Source: Myxococcota bacterium
Lineage (GTDB): Bacteria > Myxococcota_A > Polyangia > Nannocystales > Nannocystaceae
Assembly: GCA_039028615.1 (NCBI GenBank)
Contig: JBCCHT010000003.1
Location: 352,001-416,000, forward strand
Reading direction: 5' to 3'
Length of the DNA stretch: 64,000 bases
Under the pieces are notes generated by a model. That model made no database searches. It was not told where the DNA came from and saw only the letters and a program-made list of their open reading frames with translations. The translations under genes were made by a program, and so were the position numbers. Position 1 is the stretch's first letter. The number at the start of each line of letters is the position of its first letter. Positions 57,443 through 64,000 of this stretch are shown here, piece after piece.

Positions 57443-58518
57443 TCGCGGGGCTCCCCCGACGCGGCACCCGGCCCTCGACTCAGCGCGCGTTCGGCCTGTC
57501 GATGGTAGGCCCCCGTGGGGAAGTCGTCGAGGTAGCGCTCCCAACACCCGGACCGCTTGCTCTTGGTCGACTGTCGACACAAGCCGGCTCGGGCGTCGTC
57601 GGCGAAGCGCCCTCGCGGGAACTTGCGCAGGTACTCGCGCCACAGCGTCCCTTGGCCCGCCGTGTCGCCGCGGCGATGTGCCAGGGTGAACAGGTCGCCG
57701 TAGGCGAGCTGTGCGAGGCTGCTGCGCCCGCCCTTGCGGACGATCGCTCGGAACGCCTTCTCTGCGCCCGCGATGTCTCCGGCGTGCAGTCGATCTTGGG
57801 CTTCGGCGTCCATCCGCTGCAGGGCCTCGACCCGGCGATCCTTGCGTTCGGTCGCTCGCTTGCGCCGGGTCTTGGTCGGCTCGGGCGTGGGCTCGGGCTC
57901 CGGCGGCGCGACCTCTTCGAGCGGCACGGGCTCCTCGGGCACGATCGCCTCTTCGGGCGGCAGCGGAGCCGGGGTGACCGGAGCACGCCGAGCTCGTGGG
58001 GCCCGGACCAGCTGCGGCTTGTCGGGGGTGCCTTCGGTGTCCGCTTCGAGCACGCGCCGATCGGAGTTGGCTTGATCGATCGCTTGGTTGTCGTCGCGCT
58101 GGGCCTCGGAGCGCAGCGCGTTGCGAACGTCGATGAGTCCGACCAACAACAAGATGGCCGCGGCGGCGGCCAAGGCTCCGCCGACCACCGCCCACCGAGC
58201 GATGCGCGAGCCGGGGCGCGGGAGCCCGGGCGGAGGTTGTTGGGTCTGGGCGTAGACGTCGACCTCGGCCTCGGCCCGCGCGGCTTCCACGAAGGGCGCA
58301 ATGGCGGCCACCAGCGCGGCTTCGTCGGGGGACGACGGCGGGGCCGGACGCACGGGTTGGTTGGTCTGCAGCCCGGGGTCGAGCCGACGTGCCCGGTTGA
58401 GCACGGCGGCAAAGGGCGGGACGACGATCTCGTCGCTCTCCGCTTCTTCGCTGGCCGCGTCGAGCAGGTCGTCGATGGCTCGATCCGTCTGCGGATCGAA
58501 GTCGTCGTGCGGAGTCAT
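57439..58518 (-). CDS. Putative anti-sigma factor (single TM, Pro-rich linker, C-terminal TPR)
   Basis: Coupled to the ECF sigma gene; TM helix; YLRKFPRG and YLDDFPTG TPR ends. Confidence 0.72.
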   Translation of the reverse strand: MTPHDDFDPQTDRAIDDLLDAASEEAESDEIVVPPFAAVLNRARRLDPGLQTNQPVRPAPPSSPDEAALVAAIAPFVEAARAEAEVDVYAQTQQPPPGLPRPGSRIARWAVVGGALAAAAAILLLVGLIDVRNALRSEAQRDDNQAIDQANSDRRVLEADTEGTPDKPQLVRAPRARRAPVTPAPLPPEEAIVPEEPVPLEEVAPPEPEPTPEPTKTRRKRATERKDRRVEALQRMDAEAQDRLHAGDIAGAEKAFRAIVRKGGRSSLAQLAYGDLFTLAHRRGDTAGQGTLWREYLRKFPRGRFADDARAGLCRQSTKSKRSGCWERYLDDFPTGAYHRQAERALSRGPGAASGEPRE

Positions 58519-59147
58519 GCGTGCACCCGCAGTTCACGCTCGTTGAGCCAGCCGCGGCGGGTGAGCTCGTCGCGAATGCGGCTGCGGGCACGAGTGACCC
58601 GAACCGCGACGTTGGAGGTGGAGATGCCGAGTCGCTCGGCGGCCTCGGCCGTGCTCAGGCCCTGGACCTCGCGCAGCACGAAGGCCTCGCGCCAGCGCGG
58701 CGGCAGATCGTCGAGCACCTCGTAGAGCACTCGGCTTCGCTCGCGTCGCAGATGACCACCGTCGGGGTCTTCGTTGCGGGGCCGAGCGAAGTCGACGTGC
58801 TCGTAGCGCTCCATGGCCCGGTTGCGATTGCGGTTCTTTCGCCAGTGCTTGCGGACCACGTTGAGGGCAATCCCGTGCATCCAGCCCGCGAAGGCACGGC
58901 GACCGTCGTAGCGACGAGAGCTGGCCATGGCCTGGGCGAAGGTCTCTTGGGTGAGCTCCTCGGCCAGGCCCCGGTCGCCGCACAGGTAGCGCACCTGGCG
59001 GAACACGGTGGCGTAGTGCCGCTCGTACAGCGCCGACCACGCATCTACATCACCCGTGGTCGCCCGCGCCTCGAGCTCGTCGAGCGAGGGCTCGGGTTCG
59101 GCGACTGCCTCTACGGGGCGCAGATGGGGTGGATGCGAGCGATTCAT
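58515..59147 (-). CDS. ECF sigma-70 family RNA polymerase sigma factor
   Basis: Motifs AEELTQETF, GWMHGIALN, LP...REAFVLRE..GLS..EAAE.LG and V..R..RAR. Confidence 0.9.
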   Translation of the reverse strand: MNRSHPPHLRPVEAVAEPEPSLDELEARATTGDVDAWSALYERHYATVFRQVRYLCGDRGLAEELTQETFAQAMASSRRYDGRRAFAGWMHGIALNVVRKHWRKNRNRNRAMERYEHVDFARPRNEDPDGGHLRRERSRVLYEVLDDLPPRWREAFVLREVQGLSTAEAAERLGISTSNVAVRVTRARSRIRDELTRRGWLNERELRVHA

Positions 59148-59377
59148 TGGCCGTCGAGGACCACTTACCCCGAGTTTGCCAGCCATTACGGTTGCGTGGA
59201 TCGCGGCTTGTGCCGGGCCCGATCGGCGCGGCGAAAAACAATCTGTAATCGATCGAGGCCAGGGGGAAATAGACAGATGACAACCGACGCACTACGCGTC
59301 TTCACCCGGCGGTCCTTCGGTCTTGGGACGGTCCGAGGGAACGCCGGGTGGAGACCTTTTTCGCGCGGGACGGCGCC

Positions 59378-60958
59378 TCAGCTGACGTACTGCAGGGCGG
59401 CCTGCACTTCCCGCCAGAACTCCAGCGGAGTCTGCGTGCGGTGCATGACCCGCGGCCGCAGGGCGTTGACCAGGGCGGCGGAGTAGGGCGAGCCGAGTCG
59501 CTGGGCGACCTCGAGCGGAGCGCCCGCCAAGATCTCGGCCTCGGTGAAGCTCGGGACCTCGCGTCGCAGCACGGAGAGCAGAAGTAGGGCCGTGTGATAG
59601 ACGTCGGTAGGTCGACCTACCGTGCCGTAGGTGGCGGGGTCGACCGCCTCGGGGGGCAGCATCCACGGGGCCATGATCGTGCCGACCATGCGGATGTCGG
59701 TCTCGACCCGGGTGATGCCGAGGTCACCCAGCTTGAACGACACCCGCGGTCCGTGCCCCGCGTCCATGACGTCGCTCGTGAGGCTGACGAACACGTTGCC
59801 GGGGTGCACGTCTTTGTGCACGTGCCCGTGACGGTGGATGAAGGCCAACGCCTGCAGCACGTCGCGCGCGATGTGGGGCAGCCATGACTCGTCGATGCGC
59901 GGCAGTACGCGATCGAGACTGTACAGACACTTTTCTACGATGATGTAAAACGCATTGTCGTAGAAGAACGCGTCGTGAATGTACGTGATGTTGGGGTGCC
60001 GCATGCGGCTGAGGTTGGCGACTTCGCTCTCCCACTGTCGCCGCACCTCTTCGAAGGACGCCGCCGCCTTGAGCACTTTGGCCACCAGCGGGTTGGACCA
60101 CTCGTCGGTGCACTCGTACACGTCGCCGTAGGATCCGCCGCCGATGTACTCGCCCATGAAGTACACGCCGACGCTGCCGTTGCGGATCATGTCGCCGCGA
60201 ACGGGCGCCCGGAAGGGCACGACGCTGGGCAGGGTGCGGAGGCTGGGCGAGGTGGCGAGGCGGGGGTGAGGCGCCGGGGAGGGAGCGTTGGGATCGACCT
60301 GCGGCGTGCCGACCATGGAGTCGCTGGCCAGCGGTTCGCCGGGGGGGATCTCGGGATGCGGGCCGCTCACCGGATCGCGGGGGCGCGGCAAGGCGTGGGC
60401 GGAGTCGCCGGGCGAGGCGCCGACGGTGCCCGGCGCGGCGTGACCGGCCGCGGGCGTGCCGGGATGGGTGCCCGAAGCGCCCGGGTCGAATGTGCTGGAG
60501 ATCACCGGTTGCGGCCCAGATTCGTGGTGAATCCGAGGCTGCGTATCGTCCGACTTCGTCGCGACCGTATTCGTTCGCGAGCGGCTCCCCGAAGGTCTCG
60601 TGCCCGTCGACGGTCGATGTTCACCGGGTAGCGTGCCGCCCGAGTTGTTCGGCGAGTGGACGGGCGGCGGGTTGGAGACGGTGCCGGAACCCGCGGGACG
60701 GGTGCCCGTGCTGCCGTGCAACGCGGGCGCGACCCCGGTCGCGGGCGGCACTCCGCCGAGTCCGGGGTTGGTCCCCGGTAGCGGAGTCGCCGAGGGATCC
60801 GGGGGCGGAGGCGGCGATGCAGGTGGGGGCTGGAGTTCCGGTTCGGGGCTCGGGCGGCGTGGTTGAAGCGCAGGCGAGGTGCGAGATCGCCCGCGGCGTC
60901 GAGACGACGAGCGGCCCGGAAGTCGAGGAACCGTTTTGCTGCGGGGGCCCTTGGCCAC
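59378..60958 (-). CDS. Cytoplasmic Ser/Thr kinase with long Pro-rich N-terminus
   Basis: Motifs GGGSYGDVY, VAK, HKDVHPGN, DLG and PPE. Start uncertain. Confidence 0.82.
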   Translation of the reverse strand: MAKGPRSKTVPRLPGRSSSRRRGRSRTSPALQPRRPSPEPELQPPPASPPPPPDPSATPLPGTNPGLGGVPPATGVAPALHGSTGTRPAGSGTVSNPPPVHSPNNSGGTLPGEHRPSTGTRPSGSRSRTNTVATKSDDTQPRIHHESGPQPVISSTFDPGASGTHPGTPAAGHAAPGTVGASPGDSAHALPRPRDPVSGPHPEIPPGEPLASDSMVGTPQVDPNAPSPAPHPRLATSPSLRTLPSVVPFRAPVRGDMIRNGSVGVYFMGEYIGGGSYGDVYECTDEWSNPLVAKVLKAAASFEEVRRQWESEVANLSRMRHPNITYIHDAFFYDNAFYIIVEKCLYSLDRVLPRIDESWLPHIARDVLQALAFIHRHGHVHKDVHPGNVFVSLTSDVMDAGHGPRVSFKLGDLGITRVETDIRMVGTIMAPWMLPPEAVDPATYGTVGRPTDVYHTALLLLSVLRREVPSFTEAEILAGAPLEVAQRLGSPYSAALVNALRPRVMHRTQTPLEFWREVQAALQYVS

Positions 60959-61265
60959 GGCGCGTCCACGCTACCACGGGAAGTGGCGAACCTTGCGTGT
61001 TGCCTCACGAGATCGGCACACGGTGGCGATCCATGCGCCCAGTGCAATTAGGACATTCTCGAGTGGTTTAATCGGGCCCACTTGCCCATTTGGGCAGCAA
61101 GTGTGGCAACGAGCCCCGCTCAAACCAACGGGGGCAACCTGTTATAAACCGCTTTCGCGCCGACGATGGACTCCGTCGACGAGCGCTCACCCGCCCTACC
61201 ACGATGAACCGGATCGCTACGATCGAGCGCCGTCGCGTGCCTACGTCCGTTCGGGGAGTCTCGCC

Positions 61266-62834
61266 GTGAGCGACGACGGAGCGGCGGCCGAAGAGCGCCC
61301 GACGTCGGCGGATCCGCCGTGGGGTGACGAGATCACCCCGCTCACCGAGGTCTGCGGCGGCCAGTACGTGCTGTTGCACGAGATCGCTCGCGGCGACCTG
61401 TCGATCGTGTACCGGGCCAAGCCCAGCGGGCAGCGCGAGTCGATCGCCTTCAAGGTCATCCAGCCCCGCTACGTCGACGACGAAGTGCAGACCCGTCGCT
61501 TTCGTCGCGAGGCCGAGCTGCTGACCAAGGTCGAGCACCCCAACATCGTGCGCCTCATCGACCACGGCTCGATCGAAGATGGCCGCGACTTCGTGGCCCT
61601 CGAGCTGCTGACCGGTCAGACTCTGGCCGAGGCGCTCGCGGTGACTCCCCGCGTGAGCCCCGAGCGAACCTGCCGGATCATGCGTCAGGCCGCGCGGGCG
61701 CTGCGAGCGATGCACCTGGCCGGGGTGATCCATCGCGACCTCCAGCCCGAGAATATCCTGCTCATCGGTCCCGAAGATGGCGAGCGGGTCAAGCTGGTGG
61801 ACTTCAGTCGGGCCGGCGATGTCGGGGCGCCCGTGCGTCGGTCTCGCAAGGATCGCCCGCAGTCGGGCGAGGTCGGCGAGGGGCCGACCTATCGCGCCCC
61901 CGAGCAGGTCCGCAAGCGCTCGCCCACCGCGTCGATGGACGTGTTCGCCTTCGGCGTCATCGCGTTCGAGATGCTGGCCGGCGAGCATCCCTTCGCCGAG
62001 CCCGAGCCGGGCGACGAAGCCCGCGTCGCCGGCCACACCGGTCCCACCATTCGCTCCAAGGCCTTCGATGCGCCCGAGGAGCTGCTGGGGTTGGTGGCCG
62101 ATTGCATCAAGGACGACCCCGACAAGCGGCCGAGCTCGATGGACGAGGTCATCGAGCGCATCGACAAGGCCCTGTTGTGGATGGGGGTCGTGCCGCACGA
62201 AGGGGCCTCCGACGAAGAAGACGAGGACGCGCGGACCCAGCTGTGGTCGGCCGCGGATCCGGACAAGGTCGAGTCGCGTGCGGGCAAGAGCCCCCGTCGA
62301 GGGGGTCGCACGGCCGCCCGGGGCCACGATGAGCGCGACACGACCTCGCCGGAAGCCGACACCGCCGACGATCAGCCCGTGGCGAGTCGACGACGCCGTC
62401 CCGAGCCTGCGCCCGAACCCGAGGCCCCCGAGCCCAGCGCGGAGTCGAGGGTGCCGACCGGACCCGAGCCCGAAGCGAGCCAGAACGCCGAGACCGACTC
62501 GGTGTCCGCGATGGATCGGGACGAACTCGAAGGCCAGGAGACGATGGACGACGAGTCTCCGGTCGTGGTCGACACCGTGGCCTGGACCAAGCCCGAGCCG
62601 GTGGCCGAGCGCGAGCGTCGAGCTGCGGCGTCGCCACGCGCCTCCCGTCGGTCGCGAGACTCGAGCGCCGAGCAGCCCACGAAAGAGCCGTCCGCTCGCC
62701 CACGGGCCACCCAGACCCGGCGCCCCACGTCCAATCACCCGCCCGTGCCCGCCCTGCCGCGCTGGGCCTTTCCGCTGGTGATCTCGGTGATCGGCCTGCT
62801 CGCTTACGGCGTGTGGATGGTCTGGACCGCCTGA
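61266..62834 (+). CDS. Ser/Thr kinase-like protein (degenerate motifs) with C-terminal TM anchor
   Basis: Motifs IARGDLSIVY, AFK, HRDLQPEN, DFS and YRAPEQ. Confidence 0.8.
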   Translation: MSDDGAAAEERPTSADPPWGDEITPLTEVCGGQYVLLHEIARGDLSIVYRAKPSGQRESIAFKVIQPRYVDDEVQTRRFRREAELLTKVEHPNIVRLIDHGSIEDGRDFVALELLTGQTLAEALAVTPRVSPERTCRIMRQAARALRAMHLAGVIHRDLQPENILLIGPEDGERVKLVDFSRAGDVGAPVRRSRKDRPQSGEVGEGPTYRAPEQVRKRSPTASMDVFAFGVIAFEMLAGEHPFAEPEPGDEARVAGHTGPTIRSKAFDAPEELLGLVADCIKDDPDKRPSSMDEVIERIDKALLWMGVVPHEGASDEEDEDARTQLWSAADPDKVESRAGKSPRRGGRTAARGHDERDTTSPEADTADDQPVASRRRRPEPAPEPEAPEPSAESRVPTGPEPEASQNAETDSVSAMDRDELEGQETMDDESPVVVDTVAWTKPEPVAERERRAAASPRASRRSRDSSAEQPTKEPSARPRATQTRRPTSNHPPVPALPRWAFPLVISVIGLLAYGVWMVWTA

Positions 62835-62849
62835 GCTTCCAGGCGGCGT

Positions 62850-63761
62850 TCAGTCGCGCTCGGCCACGAAGATGCGCACCACGCTGGTCAGCGGGAGATC
62901 GTCGAGCCCGGTGGGCACCAGGTAGCGCAGGTGCAGATCGACGCGACCCGGCTCGAGCCGCGGCGCGAAGCCACTGTCGGTGAGCCGACGAGCGAGCTCT
63001 TCGATGGGGACCGCCCAGCGCAGGCCATCGCCCAACAGCGCGACCGAAGGCCGACCCAGCGAGCCCAGGCGGCCGCCGAGGCGACCGGAGGGCAGCCGAC
63101 CCTGCTCGTCGGGCACCACGTAGGTGCCGGCGAGGCGGCTGCCGGGCGGCACCACCGTGGCGACCCCACGGAGGAAGTCGGCGACCTCTTGGTCTTCGAG
63201 GTACATCAGCACGCCCTCGGCCACGACCATGCTCTTGGCGTCGCGATCCCAGCGGAGCTCGTCGAGGGTCTCGGGCAGCGAGACTTCGGCCAGGTCGGCG
63301 GGGTGCAGCACCAGGTTGCTCGGCGCATCGAGCTGGTCGAGGGCGTGGCGCTTGAGCGACTGGGTCGCAGGGTGGTCGACCTCGACGAAGCGGACGTCGG
63401 GAAAGTCTCGGGCCAGGCGCAGCCCCAGGGTGTCGAAGCCGGCTCCCACGATGAGCACCTGGGTGGCGCCGCTGCCGATGGCGCTGCGGGTCTCGTCGTC
63501 GAGCAGGCGCTTGCGCAGGGCCAGGTGCGTGGACTGGCCGGGGGCCAGTGTGCGCTCGATCCAGTCGAACATCGAGCGGGAGCGCGTGCCGTCGTAGGCC
63601 TTGAGGTGCCAGTCCTTCAGCAGCCCGGTGGCGCGCAGCAGGGCCTCGGTCGCCTCGGCTGCGCCCGGGGGTAGCAGCGGGGCCCGGCGATCGTCGCGAG
63701 CCACATAGAACAGAACTCGGCTGATCTTGATGGCGGTGCGGCTGGCCTGGTGCGCGCGCAT
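62850..63761 (-). CDS. Class I SAM-dependent methyltransferase (leucine carboxyl MT / TIGR00027-like)
   Basis: Motifs ASRTA, QVLIVGAGFDT, EVDHPATQ..K and AEGVLMYL. Confidence 0.85.
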   Translation of the reverse strand: MRAHQASRTAIKISRVLFYVARDDRRAPLLPPGAAEATEALLRATGLLKDWHLKAYDGTRSRSMFDWIERTLAPGQSTHLALRKRLLDDETRSAIGSGATQVLIVGAGFDTLGLRLARDFPDVRFVEVDHPATQSLKRHALDQLDAPSNLVLHPADLAEVSLPETLDELRWDRDAKSMVVAEGVLMYLEDQEVADFLRGVATVVPPGSRLAGTYVVPDEQGRLPSGRLGGRLGSLGRPSVALLGDGLRWAVPIEELARRLTDSGFAPRLEPGRVDLHLRYLVPTGLDDLPLTSVVRIFVAERD

Positions 63762-63783
63762 GGCTGTCCCAGCGTAGCAGGGC

Positions 63784-63999
63784 TCAGCGGCTCGACCCCT
63801 TGTCGGGTTGGAGGCCGCGATAGAGCACGTCGTAGGCGAGGTCCGCCACCGCGCCACGGTCGGCGTCGTACTGGGCGAGCTGACCGTCGACGCCCAGCGT
63901 GGCCAGGCCGTGCACCAGGCCCCACGCCACGGTGGCCAGACCGCGGAGCTCACCCGAGCGCACGAGCCCCTGCTCCTGGCAGCGTCCCAGCGCGCCGAG
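63784..63999 (-). CDS. TetR-family regulator C-terminal WHG domain, 5'-truncated by window edge
   Basis: Manual translation LGALGRCQEQGLVR...AWGLVHGLATL...* contains the W..VHG motif. Confidence 0.7.
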   Translation of the reverse strand, partial: LGALGRCQEQGLVRSGELRGLATVAWGLVHGLATLGVDGQLAQYDADRGAVADLAYDVLYRGLQPDKGSSR

Positions 64000-64000
64000 C

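Noticed and set aside
56612..58591. 659-aa ORF
   Set aside because: The upstream part overlaps the anti-sigma gene out of frame; the real start is the GTG at 57442.

Overview
High-GC (~70%) chromosomal window, most likely from a myxobacterium of the Nannocystaceae type. This is inferred from the Ser/Thr kinases, many Cys-rich lipoproteins, an ECF sigma/TPR module and a eukaryote-like sterol enzyme. I saw no rRNA, tRNA, CRISPR array, integrase or transposase. The most notable element is a compact split-borosin RiPP locus (4876-6183, minus strand). It has a SonM/OphMA-type backbone N-methyltransferase followed by a separate 123-aa precursor, made of a short borosin-binding leader and seven tandem 12-aa His-rich cores, and it ends in its own terminator. 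Other points of interest: a translationally coupled SNF2 helicase - Mre11/SbcD - Rad50/SbcC-like - endonuclease V operon; an NSDHL/ERG26-like sterol dehydrogenase; a LytS/LytTR pair with a 21-bp-spaced direct repeat upstream of a heme-Cu monooxygenase operon; a lipoprotein with 22 vicinal Cys-Cys repeats in an ECF sigma operon; and a putative clan CD protease-methyltransferase fusion coupled to a glutamate racemase. Ordinary content includes a MoxR-DUF58-bat operon, gdhA, an rlmI-like methyltransferase, HtrA and PilT. All family calls come from motif recognition by eye; no database searches were run.
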